From Bacteroidales bacterium (GTDB lineage: Bacteria > Bacteroidota > Bacteroidia > Bacteroidales > Muribaculaceae): a stretch of DNA of 64,000 nt. Each line of letters starts with the position of its first letter. Within the stretch, counting starts at the first letter, position 1. Of the stretch, positions 18,273 to 27,920 are shown piece after piece. Under the pieces are notes generated by a model. It made no database searches, was not told where the DNA came from, and worked only from the letters and a program-made list of their open reading frames with translations. The stretch is from the NCBI GenBank assembly GCA_019415705.1, contig DXYS01000006.1:30618-94617 (forward strand). Direction: 5' to 3'. A program made the translations under genes and the position numbers.

Positions 18273-19172
18273 ATGTTAAAAGGAGTTTCAAAAGTTCTTT
18301 TTGTGATGCTTTTAGCCATGACTTCATGCTCCGGGCACGACGATGCCATCGACGGCGGCGGTCTCAACAAACCCGAGACCGAACAGCAGACCGTGACGAT
18401 GACGATTTCGCGTGCGAGCGCATCGGAGTTTGTGGAAGCAGGCATCACGCAGCTATCAGTCTACACATATAAAGTAGACCGTAAAGTCACAACCCTCTTC
18501 GACGAGCAGACAGTCGATGTCAGCAGCAGCGAGTTTAACGGCGCTGTGCTTACACACAGTTTTCCCCTCGGCGAGATATTTCAGACAGTCATCGCGGCCA
18601 ATGTAGGCTCTGTCACCGGCAAGGAGAGCCTGTCGACACTGACATTCCATTTTGACCCGCTCGGCGACAAGGAGGTATGGGCAAGCCCCGTCATCCGTTT
18701 CATGTCTGACAAATCGGTCAGCGAACTCAATTTCGAGTTAGACCGCATCATCGCACGCATCAAATTCGAGCCCGCAGAAACACAGGCCGAACTCGGCGCG
18801 TTCGACAGTTTTGACAAAATCAAAGTCACATTCACCAACCTTGCGTCAAGCTACATGCCTCTGACTAAAGAAGTCGAGCTCTCTGACCTCACCGTCGAGA
18901 CAGACGCGTCGGCCGGCTACCGCACACAGGTCTACACATTCGCCACCACAAGCACCCAGACCAATGGCGGTGTGAATATCGAGTACTTCAAAGCAGGTAA
19001 CTCCGTCAACACATCAGCATCGCTCTTAGAGACCGGTATCACATATGCAGCCTCGGGCGACTACACTCTGCGCGTTCCTCTCACATCACCCGATTTCGTG
19101 ACTGTCCCGTGGACTACCGGCGCACGCTCAGCCTCGCAGGCTAAGTTTGAGGTCATCACGTCGACTCTTTAA
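18273..19172 (+). CDS. Lipoprotein, fimbrillin/Mfa2-like fold suspected (possible surface glycan-binding protein)
   Basis: 299 aa with lipobox LLAMTSC. The pattern QLSVYTYKV...TVIAANVG...LDRIIARIKFEP resembles FimB/Mfa2-family proteins. This is pattern recall only. Confidence 0.45.
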   Translation: MLKGVSKVLFVMLLAMTSCSGHDDAIDGGGLNKPETEQQTVTMTISRASASEFVEAGITQLSVYTYKVDRKVTTLFDEQTVDVSSSEFNGAVLTHSFPLGEIFQTVIAANVGSVTGKESLSTLTFHFDPLGDKEVWASPVIRFMSDKSVSELNFELDRIIARIKFEPAETQAELGAFDSFDKIKVTFTNLASSYMPLTKEVELSDLTVETDASAGYRTQVYTFATTSTQTNGGVNIEYFKAGNSVNTSASLLETGITYAASGDYTLRVPLTSPDFVTVPWTTGARSASQAKFEVITSTL

Positions 19173-19190
19173 CCTTTGAAAAGTATACTC

Positions 19191-20912
19191 ATGAATATCA
19201 ACTTTAAATACGGCCTCATCGCGGCAGGTCTCGCAGTCAGCTTTGCCGCCTGTGACAAAGAAGAGGTCTATGACTCGCCTGTGACCCGCGAGATCAACAT
19301 GACTCTTGACGGTGAAAAGTGGGACATATACTACGGCACCGACGAGAACAATCACCCCTTATTTATATATAACGCCGACGGCAAGTATTTCGCCAACTAC
19401 GGCACATCCTATCACATCACCCTGCCGGCAGGCGGTTACAAAATCATCTGCACCAATCAGGCTAAACTGATGACTCCGCCCATCAGCCTCGGTGAGCAGA
19501 TTATCGAACAGGACCCTGAGACCAAGCAGACATTCGGCATCTCTGACCCCGTCGATTATACTCCCGGCACCCCGATGGTGCTCCCGATGAAGACACGCAC
19601 CGGCATGCTGCGTCTGCGCGCCACCGACTCAAAGGCCGACCGCACTTACAGCACCATCCGCGCCGTCTTCACGACTCCCGTGACAGCTTACTCAGTCGGC
19701 GAGGCAAAACCAATCGTCGGTGAGCCTCTCGAGCTGACTCGCGACAAAGCTACAACCGGCGGCGGTGTCGGCTATACTGACGACGCCATCCTGATCGAGA
19801 CAGGCTCTGTCGACCGCAAGGTAGGCATCCGCATCGACTATCTCGACGACGACATGAACTTAGTGCGTTCAAAGAGCTTTGCAGATGATTTCGCCGTGCT
19901 CGCCAACGACACCGTCGAGGTATCGTTCGCGCTCAACAACGCCGACGAGCCTGTCATCATCAACTATAACATCGCTCTCGCATCCGAAGGCTGGCAGCCC
20001 CAGACCGTCTACCCGTCGGTCAAGGTCGATGTGCCTGACGGATACACCTACGTAACACCCGACGACGACTTCAACGCTATCTTCACACAACTCAAAAACG
20101 ACCCGAGCGTAGATCAGATTAAGATTTTCCTCAAAGCCAACGGCTCATACACACTGCCCGACGCATCTGTCAAGGGTCTCAACAAAGGCGTGTCGCTCGT
20201 GGCTCAGAAGCCCGGCTACGGACAGCGTCAGGCTACACTCAGTGTCAAGAATATTTCTCTGGCAGGCAACCTCAAACCCATACATTTCGAGAATCTGTCA
20301 ATCGCACAGGCCGGCCGTATGTTCAACATCGCCCGCACCGACGAGTTCACTCTCGACGCACTTGAGTTTGTCAACTGTCGCTTCGACAACTGGACAGGCC
20401 AGATCTGGAAACAGGCAACAAACACGACGCGTACACAACGCATTAACTCTGTCGTGATGGACGAGTGTGTTGTCGCCAACTACTCTCCCGCCGGCCCGAT
20501 GTTTGACGCCGCCACGACAGCCACATCGTCGATGCCCTCTTGGACATTCAGCAATACAGTCTTCCACGGCCGCAATTACAGCACACGCACAGTCGTGCTC
20601 AACGGCCTCAACAAGATGACCGATGCACTCGACATCACTGTCGACGGCTGCACATTCCTCGACGCACGCGGCACAGCATTCACCTACTTCAACATCGACG
20701 CCGCTGCCGCACAGTCATCGACGCTCACTGTCACCGGCAACCGTCTCGGTGGTGTGCAGGCTGCCGCAACATGGTTTAATCTCGGCAAGGTCGACAACGT
20801 AACCGCAAGTGGCAACACACGCTGCGCAGGCTACAACATCACATGGGGTGTGACCGAGCCCGCCGAAACAGACCAGACATTTGAAGAGCTCCTCAACTCA
20901 CTCAATTTATAA
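19191..20912 (+). CDS. Lipoprotein with C-terminal right-handed beta-helix-like repeats (DUF4957/DUF5123-like, pectin-PUL surface protein type)
   Basis: I preferred ATG 19191 (MNINFKYGLIAAGLAVSFAAC lipobox) because the track start 19176 is TTG. Periodic repeats are present: LEFVNCRFDN, VVMDECVVAN, FSNTVFHGRN, ITVDGCTFLD, LTVTGNRLGG. Confidence 0.55.
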   Translation: MNINFKYGLIAAGLAVSFAACDKEEVYDSPVTREINMTLDGEKWDIYYGTDENNHPLFIYNADGKYFANYGTSYHITLPAGGYKIICTNQAKLMTPPISLGEQIIEQDPETKQTFGISDPVDYTPGTPMVLPMKTRTGMLRLRATDSKADRTYSTIRAVFTTPVTAYSVGEAKPIVGEPLELTRDKATTGGGVGYTDDAILIETGSVDRKVGIRIDYLDDDMNLVRSKSFADDFAVLANDTVEVSFALNNADEPVIINYNIALASEGWQPQTVYPSVKVDVPDGYTYVTPDDDFNAIFTQLKNDPSVDQIKIFLKANGSYTLPDASVKGLNKGVSLVAQKPGYGQRQATLSVKNISLAGNLKPIHFENLSIAQAGRMFNIARTDEFTLDALEFVNCRFDNWTGQIWKQATNTTRTQRINSVVMDECVVANYSPAGPMFDAATTATSSMPSWTFSNTVFHGRNYSTRTVVLNGLNKMTDALDITVDGCTFLDARGTAFTYFNIDAAAAQSSTLTVTGNRLGGVQAAATWFNLGKVDNVTASGNTRCAGYNITWGVTEPAETDQTFEELLNSLNL

Positions 20913-20934
20913 CCTTAGCTAATACCATCACAAT

Positions 20935-23900
20935 ATGAACAAAATATTATTGACGATATGTCTTGTTCTGGCAAGCGCGCTCGGCGCGCTTGCACAGACA
21001 AGCACCGTGACGGGCACTGTGACAGACGGCGAAGAGCCGCTCATCGGTGCGAGCGTCAAAGTCGAAGGCACCCAGATAGCAGCCGTCACCGACATCGACG
21101 GCAACTTCGAGCTCAAAGGCGTCAATGCCGCCAAAGCAGTCCTTTTGGTCAGCTACGTCGGCATGGACACCCAGAAATTCCCCCTCAAGGGCCAGACAAC
21201 CGGCGTGGAGATTGTTCTCAAAGCCAACGTCGAGGCAATGGACGAACTTGTGGTCATCGGCTACGGCACGCAGAAACGCGGCAACCTCACCGGCTCTATG
21301 GCCCGTGTCGAGGCCAAGGTCATCGAACGTGTCCCCGTGGCTAACGTCGGCGAAGCTATCGTCGGCCGTATGCCCGGTGTGCAGGTCACTACCGCCGACG
21401 GCTCGCCTGACGCCGAAATCACCGTCCGCGTACGTGGCGGCGGCTCTATCACACAGGACAACCAGCCGCTCGTGCTTATCGACGGTTTCGAAGGCTCGAT
21501 GAACGACGTGCCTCCCACCGATGTCGAGAGCATCGAAGTGCTCAAGGATGCCGCTTCGACAGCCATCTACGGTGCGCGCGGCGCCAACGGTGTTGTGCTC
21601 ATCACGACCAAACGCCCCAACGAAGGCCGCGTACAGATCAGCGTCAACGCCTACATGCAGACAAAAGAGCTCTCCAACAAGCTCGACGTACTCGACCCCT
21701 ATAACTTCATCCGCGCCAACTATCAGCGCATCCGTCCCAAAGGCGCAAGCGCCGGCAACGGTTTCGCCAACAACTTCGGCCAGCCTTACGAATGGTATAT
21801 CTATCAGGGCTACGAAGGCTATGACTGGCAGGATATCATCTTCGGCAAAAACCCCATCTCGTCATCGGTCGACGCTAACATCACCGGCGGCAACGAGACA
21901 TTCAAGTTCAAGGTAAGCTTCATGCATCAGGACCAGCCGAGCGTTATGCCTGACAACGGTCTCGTGCAGAACAACCTCAACCTCAACCTCAATCTCAAAC
22001 TCTTCCCCTTCCTGAGCGTCGAATACCGCAGCCGCTACTTAGACAAGACACTCAACGGCCGCGGCACCGAGGGTATCGACCTTCTCACCGCCCTGCAGGA
22101 GCGTCCGACAAACGGTCTTCAGGACTTCACATCAGTTCCTGACGACAACGATATCTTCGACGACGGCACATTCGAAGAGTACTATCACTACGATCCTCTC
22201 GAGACAAACTCCCGCTACTACCGCAAACGCAACTCAAAACTCCTCAACATGGGCGGCGCCCTCACATGGAACATCATGAAAGGCATGACCCTGCGCAACG
22301 AGTTTGTATATGAGGACTACCGCGAGAACGACCGTCAGTTCAACGCCGCCAACTCCAACAGCGCGTCACGCACTTACGGCCCCAACCTCACCGAACAGGA
22401 CAAAAACCGCACGAAATGGCAGATAAGCAACGTGCTTAACTACAACTTCGACATCGCCGAAGTCAACAACGTCCAGCTCATGCTCGGTCAGGAGATGAAA
22501 AGCGAGGACACACGCACCAAACGTGTCTACATCGGCTACTTCCCCGACAACATCGACGCTGAGAAGGCATTTGACAACTTTGCCCTCGGCACCGTTATCT
22601 CAAATACCTCGAGCCACCCCTCGCAAAACCGCATCTCATCGTTCTTCGGACGTATCAACTACAGCTATGACGACCGTTATCTCGCCACAGTCACACTGCG
22701 TACTGACGGCAGCTCTAAATTTGCCCGCGGCAACCGCTGGGGCTGGTTCCCCGCTGTCGCTCTCGCATGGCGTATGTCTAACGAGGCCTTCCTCCGCGAC
22801 GTCACATGGCTGAGCAACCTCAAACTCCGTCTCTCTTACGGTGAGTCGGGTAACGACCGTATCGCATCAGACCTCTATCTCAAGCTCTACAAGCTCGGCG
22901 ACATCAGCAAGGCACCGGGTTGGGGCGAGACCGGCAACTACTGGTATGAATTCCAGAATGCCTACCCCATCAACCCCGACGTAAAATGGGAGAAAACAAT
23001 CACCCGCAACATCGGTCTTGACTTCTCGTTCCTCAACAGCCGCTTTGACGGTACACTCGACCTCTATTGGAATACTACAAAAGACCTCCTTCTCGAGACC
23101 CAGATTCCCGGTGACACCGGTTTCACCAAGATGATGACCAACGTCGGCCAGACATCAAACAAAGGTGTCGAACTTAACCTCAACGCCTATATCATCGAGC
23201 GTAAGGACTTCACTCTCGGAGCCAACTTCAACATCGGCTTCAATAAAGGCAAGATCGACAAGCTCTCGGGCGACGAGAAATCGTTCTATACATCGGCTCC
23301 CAAAGGCGTAGATGTCAACGAAGACATTTTCTGGTATAACGTCGGCGAGACGATGGGCAACATCTACGGCTATGTCAACGATGGTTTCTACCGTGTCGAG
23401 GACTTCAACTATGACGAAGTGGCCCGCACATATACTCTTAAAGACGGCATCGTCGACTGCTCGCTGCTCGCCGGCAACCTGCAGCCCGGCTCGCCCAAGT
23501 TCAAGAAACTGAGCAATGACCCCAATGACCCCAACCGTTATATCCTGACCGCCGACGACCGCGCTGTCATCGGCAACACAACCCCGAAAGTATCGGGCGG
23601 TTTCGGCATCAACGCCACATACAAAGGTTTCGACCTCAACGCCTTCTTTAACTTCATGTGCGGATTTGACGTAATCAACCTAAACAAAATCCACATGGGC
23701 ACAGTCCCCGGCAACTCGAGCGACTACCGCAACCTCTCGTCTGAGTTCGCCAACATGTTCTGGCGTTACGACGAAATGGGCAACGATATGTGGCGCACAC
23801 CCGAAATCTGGGCCGAATACAACAAGAACGCCACGATGTGGAATCCGTCTAACATGTCCAAGACATTCATCTCGACCTATGGCGTCGAAGACGGCTCGTT

Positions 23901-24132
23901 CCTGCGTCTCAACAACCTGACCGTCGGCTATTCGCTGCCGACAAAGGCTCTCAGATTCGTAGGCATGTCAAAATGCCGTTTCTATGTCACCGGCTACAAT
24001 CTCTTCACCGTCACCAAGTACAGCGGCTATGACCCCGAGGTCAATATCGCACAGGGCACATCGCCCAACATCGACTACAAGATGTATCCCCGCAGCCGCA
24101 CATACACATTTGGCGTACAACTCTCATTCTAA
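20935..24132 (+). CDS. SusC/RagA-family TonB-dependent outer-membrane transporter
   Basis: 1065 aa. It has an N-terminal carboxypeptidase-regulatory-like domain (TVTGTVTDGEEPLIGASVKVEG), the plug motif ELVVIGYGTQKRGNLTGS, and the C-terminal barrel end YPRSRTYTFGVQLSF. Confidence 0.95.
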   Translation: MNKILLTICLVLASALGALAQTSTVTGTVTDGEEPLIGASVKVEGTQIAAVTDIDGNFELKGVNAAKAVLLVSYVGMDTQKFPLKGQTTGVEIVLKANVEAMDELVVIGYGTQKRGNLTGSMARVEAKVIERVPVANVGEAIVGRMPGVQVTTADGSPDAEITVRVRGGGSITQDNQPLVLIDGFEGSMNDVPPTDVESIEVLKDAASTAIYGARGANGVVLITTKRPNEGRVQISVNAYMQTKELSNKLDVLDPYNFIRANYQRIRPKGASAGNGFANNFGQPYEWYIYQGYEGYDWQDIIFGKNPISSSVDANITGGNETFKFKVSFMHQDQPSVMPDNGLVQNNLNLNLNLKLFPFLSVEYRSRYLDKTLNGRGTEGIDLLTALQERPTNGLQDFTSVPDDNDIFDDGTFEEYYHYDPLETNSRYYRKRNSKLLNMGGALTWNIMKGMTLRNEFVYEDYRENDRQFNAANSNSASRTYGPNLTEQDKNRTKWQISNVLNYNFDIAEVNNVQLMLGQEMKSEDTRTKRVYIGYFPDNIDAEKAFDNFALGTVISNTSSHPSQNRISSFFGRINYSYDDRYLATVTLRTDGSSKFARGNRWGWFPAVALAWRMSNEAFLRDVTWLSNLKLRLSYGESGNDRIASDLYLKLYKLGDISKAPGWGETGNYWYEFQNAYPINPDVKWEKTITRNIGLDFSFLNSRFDGTLDLYWNTTKDLLLETQIPGDTGFTKMMTNVGQTSNKGVELNLNAYIIERKDFTLGANFNIGFNKGKIDKLSGDEKSFYTSAPKGVDVNEDIFWYNVGETMGNIYGYVNDGFYRVEDFNYDEVARTYTLKDGIVDCSLLAGNLQPGSPKFKKLSNDPNDPNRYILTADDRAVIGNTTPKVSGGFGINATYKGFDLNAFFNFMCGFDVINLNKIHMGTVPGNSSDYRNLSSEFANMFWRYDEMGNDMWRTPEIWAEYNKNATMWNPSNMSKTFISTYGVEDGSFLRLNNLTVGYSLPTKALRFVGMSKCRFYVTGYNLFTVTKYSGYDPEVNIAQGTSPNIDYKMYPRSRTYTFGVQLSF

Positions 24133-24153
24133 CCTCAAATCATATCATATAAA

Positions 24154-26091
24154 ATGAAGCTCACAATAAAAGCATATATCGGCGCAGCCGCCATCGCTCT
24201 CGCAGGCGCAGCGCTCACCTCATGCGACGATTTCCTCGACGTGTCGCCCGAGTCATCTTTCCCCGCCGATGAAATCTTCGGCTCGGAGACAGAGACAAAG
24301 GCCATGATGGGCACCATCTACTCAAAGCTCACCGACGGAAATCTCTACGGCATCGCATGGCCCCACACATTCAACACCAACACCGACGTCGAGATGCGCA
24401 CATCGAGCACTCAGACATCGACCTCAGGCAACGGCGACGATGTCCACTGTTTTGACATGCGATCGCTATGGACATCGCTCGAGCGTACATGGAACACCGC
24501 TTACGAGGCCATCAACTACGCTAACGACTTCCTCGAGAACATGGAGGCTTCACCCCTGTTCAGCAAAGAAGTCAACGCTGAAAAAGGCCCCTCGGCCATG
24601 CAGCAGATGTACGGCGAGGTCAAATGTCTGCGCGCCATGATTTATCTCGACCTTATCCGCACATGGGGCGACGTGGTCTTCCGCACCGCTTCATCAAAGG
24701 CCGGCGACGACTTCTATAACGAGACAACTACAGACCGTAACACCATACTCGAGTACCTCATCAACGACCTGCAGGAAGTAGAGGATATGATGCTCTACGC
24801 CTCTCAGCTCACAGAGGGTGTCGAGCGTGCCGGCAAAGAATACTGCCAGGCCCTCATCGGTCAGCTTGCCCTCTACCGCGGCGGCTGGCAGCTTCGTCCC
24901 GGCGGCACAACCGGTGTCATGGAGCGCTCGGCCGACTATCTCGACTGGTATGAAGTGGCCCGCAAGTCACTCTACAAAGTCATCAGCGAGGGCCGTCACT
25001 CTCTCGACAAAGAGAGCTTCGCACAGATGTGGTACAACGAATGTAACTGGTCAGTTCTCAATGACGGCGACGTCATCTTCGAGATACCTATGCTCAAAGA
25101 GTCGTCGGGCGGCTACGGCTACAACATCGGCGTAAGCATCGGCTACAACGAAGACAAACCGGCTCACGCATATGGCAAAGCCAGCAACCGCATAACCCTC
25201 TGCGGCCTCTACCCCTTCACATTCGACCAGCGCGACCTCCGTCTCGACGTGACCTGTGTGCCCGTCAGCTATGACGAGGAACTCAACCAGACAGTCGCAC
25301 TCGGCAAAAGCTGTGTGGCAGGATGGAACATCGGCAAATGGAACAAGCTCAACATGGGCACCCCGATGGCAAGCAACGCCGGCAACACCGGTATCAACGC
25401 CATCCGCATGCGCTATGCCGACGTGCTCCTGATGTATGCCGAGGTGGTCAACGAGCTCAGCGGACCTGTCGCTGCTGCCAAAGACGCTCTCAAGACAGTG
25501 CGCCGCCGTGCGTTCGAGCCTGCCCTCCACGCCGAGATGGTCGACGGTTATGTCGACGCCCTCAGCTCTCGTGACGACTTCTTCGAGGCCATCGTAAACG
25601 AGCGTGCATGGGAGTTCGGCGGCGAAGGCATCCGCAAGTATGACCTCGCACGCTGGAACCGTTACGGCTCGACTATTGTAGGTCTCTATGACAAGCTCAT
25701 CGACTGGGGCAAACGTGCCAACGGCAACGGCGAGGCCGGCGACGTCCGCTCGACCGTCTACTATCGCGAACTGCCCGACGCAGCCAACCCCACACGCACA
25801 GTCCTCGAGTTCAAAGGCCTCAAGGAGTATGGTGACAACATCGGTGACCACCCCGTCAGCGAAGGCTGGCGTTTCAGACAGGAATATGCAACGAACTGGT
25901 GGACACGTAACGCCGAGACAGACGAATGGGAACCCCACGATGATGTGAAATGGAGTTTCCGCGGTTACTGCAACGTCAATGACAACGGCTTTGATCCCAA
26001 TGTCAAGACTCTGCGTTTCCTCTGTCCCTATCCCCAGCGTATAATAACCAGCCACCGCGGATCGATCCAGCAGCAGTATGGCTACAATTGA
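24154..26091 (+). CDS. SusD/RagB-family outer-membrane lipoprotein
   Basis: 645 aa with lipobox ALTSCDDFLDVSPES. SusD-like segments include RAMIYLDLIRTWGDVVF and YADVLLMYAEVVNEL. It immediately follows the SusC-like gene. Confidence 0.95.
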   Translation: MKLTIKAYIGAAAIALAGAALTSCDDFLDVSPESSFPADEIFGSETETKAMMGTIYSKLTDGNLYGIAWPHTFNTNTDVEMRTSSTQTSTSGNGDDVHCFDMRSLWTSLERTWNTAYEAINYANDFLENMEASPLFSKEVNAEKGPSAMQQMYGEVKCLRAMIYLDLIRTWGDVVFRTASSKAGDDFYNETTTDRNTILEYLINDLQEVEDMMLYASQLTEGVERAGKEYCQALIGQLALYRGGWQLRPGGTTGVMERSADYLDWYEVARKSLYKVISEGRHSLDKESFAQMWYNECNWSVLNDGDVIFEIPMLKESSGGYGYNIGVSIGYNEDKPAHAYGKASNRITLCGLYPFTFDQRDLRLDVTCVPVSYDEELNQTVALGKSCVAGWNIGKWNKLNMGTPMASNAGNTGINAIRMRYADVLLMYAEVVNELSGPVAAAKDALKTVRRRAFEPALHAEMVDGYVDALSSRDDFFEAIVNERAWEFGGEGIRKYDLARWNRYGSTIVGLYDKLIDWGKRANGNGEAGDVRSTVYYRELPDAANPTRTVLEFKGLKEYGDNIGDHPVSEGWRFRQEYATNWWTRNAETDEWEPHDDVKWSFRGYCNVNDNGFDPNVKTLRFLCPYPQRIITSHRGSIQQQYGYN

Positions 26092-26136
26092 TAAAGCACC
26101 AATTATATTTATCATCAACAAGGAAAATCATATAGC

Positions 26137-27798
26137 ATGAAACTCAATATATTTCATCGCAGCTCACGGATTGCCGCAGCGGTCTGCGTCGCAGCAGCCA
26201 CCGTCTTCGCAGGCTGCTCCGAGGATGAATACACCTCGCGCGGCGACCTCTTCCAGCCTCGTTTCGCGACTGATCCGGCTGTAAAAGTAACCAACTGCAA
26301 CGACATGTCGTTGGTGTGGTATAAAGTCAACGATGCTGTCAGCTACACCGTCCAGCTCTTTGAGGACGGTTATTATCAGCGTCTGTTCATGGAAATCGAG
26401 ACCACTGACCCTTACGTAGTCATCGAGGACATCCCCTACGCAACTCGTTATTATGTCAGAGTGCGCTCCAATGCCGCCGAGGCTGTCCACAACTCACAGT
26501 GGGCACGCACAGACTTCACCACCGAGGCTCGCCCAGCCTACTCACACATCCTGCAGGGCGTCTCACGTTCTGAGATTGAGGATAACTCGGCTACAATCCG
26601 CTGGACTGTCGACGAAGCCAATCCTGTAGACTCGTTCAGTGTCGTGGCTACGATGAATCCCGAGCTTGCACCCATCGGCGGCTATCTTACCGCCGAGCAG
26701 AAAGCTGCCGGCGAGATGATTCTCGACAAACTCAATCCGTCGACCCTCTATGTTGTCAATCTTTATGACACATCCAAGCCCCGCCGTTACGACAAGCCCT
26801 ATAATGCCGTGACATTCCGCACGACAGGCCCGGCTCCCGCCGTTATCGAGGTCGGCCTCCTCGACGACCTGTCGACCATGCTCCGCGAGAACAATGATGA
26901 CCCTGACATCCCCGAGGGTACAGAGTACAGTCTGCCCGGAGGCTCGACCTACACCATCTCGCCCTTTGCCATGCGTAAAGGCTTCCGCATCATCGGCCCG
27001 ACTGACGACGCCAAACCCGTCATTGTCATGAACGGCACATGGAGTGTTGCTTCAGGCGCTTATCTGTCGACATTCTCATTCGAAAACGTCGAGATACAGA
27101 ATCAGGCCATCAATCAGTACTTCTTCAACTGCGGCAATCCCTTCACAATCGAGTCGGCAGCCATGGTAAATGTCGATTTCCGCCACATCAACCGCGGTTT
27201 CTGGCGTCATCAGGCTTCAAACGTCAAGCACATCATCGAGCTCATCCTCGACAATTGCACGTTTGACGAGTGCGGCTGGCAGACCGGTACTTACGGCACA
27301 TTCAACTTCGGCTCGGCCGGCAAGAATGAAATCGCTTCTTATGACGAAATCGATGCGCTGACAATACGCAACTGCACATTCAGCCGCGGAGGCTCGAAAC
27401 AGGATCCCGGATTCGGCTGGGGCAACCTCGTGGCTCACAACACGACATCGCTGCCCATCGACCTTACTGTCGAAAACGTAACATTCTATGACTTCTGCGT
27501 CAACCAGCGACTAATTGACATCTCAAACACCGAGGGCTCGACAGTCACGATACGCAATGTCATCGTAGCATCTCCGATGGGCGAGTTGCTCGCACGCGGC
27601 TCGGGCACGACAGCAACGTTCGACAACAACTACACCACCACCGACTACAAGCTCGGAGGCTCGCAGATCAACGCAACCCAGCTCTCACAGGATGCTGCCG
27701 CAATCTTCGCCAACCCCGAGGCCGGTGACTACACTATCAAAGACAAATCGTCACTCATCTATCTGACCAATGCCGGCGATACACGCTGGCTGAAGTAA
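26137..27798 (+). CDS. Lipoprotein with Fn3-like N-terminal modules plus beta-helix-like repeats (DUF4957/DUF5123-like), paralogous in architecture to 19191-20912
   Basis: 553 aa with lipobox VFAGCSEDE. Fn3-like strands include YTVQLFEDGYY and RYYVRVRSNA. Repeats are FENVEIQNQ, MVNVDFRHIN, LILDNCTFDEC, LTIRNCTFSRG, LTVENVTFYDF and VTIRNVIVASP. Confidence 0.6.
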   Translation: MKLNIFHRSSRIAAAVCVAAATVFAGCSEDEYTSRGDLFQPRFATDPAVKVTNCNDMSLVWYKVNDAVSYTVQLFEDGYYQRLFMEIETTDPYVVIEDIPYATRYYVRVRSNAAEAVHNSQWARTDFTTEARPAYSHILQGVSRSEIEDNSATIRWTVDEANPVDSFSVVATMNPELAPIGGYLTAEQKAAGEMILDKLNPSTLYVVNLYDTSKPRRYDKPYNAVTFRTTGPAPAVIEVGLLDDLSTMLRENNDDPDIPEGTEYSLPGGSTYTISPFAMRKGFRIIGPTDDAKPVIVMNGTWSVASGAYLSTFSFENVEIQNQAINQYFFNCGNPFTIESAAMVNVDFRHINRGFWRHQASNVKHIIELILDNCTFDECGWQTGTYGTFNFGSAGKNEIASYDEIDALTIRNCTFSRGGSKQDPGFGWGNLVAHNTTSLPIDLTVENVTFYDFCVNQRLIDISNTEGSTVTIRNVIVASPMGELLARGSGTTATFDNNYTTTDYKLGGSQINATQLSQDAAAIFANPEAGDYTIKDKSSLIYLTNAGDTRWLK

Positions 27799-27920
27799 AC
27801 GGATGAAAGCCACAAGATAAACACTCCTTTTAATCAGCACGAGGACGCTGCGGCCACAACATTGGTCTGCGGCGTCCCCGTCGCCTTATCAGAGAAAAGC
27901 TCTTAAATCCGATATCCGAC

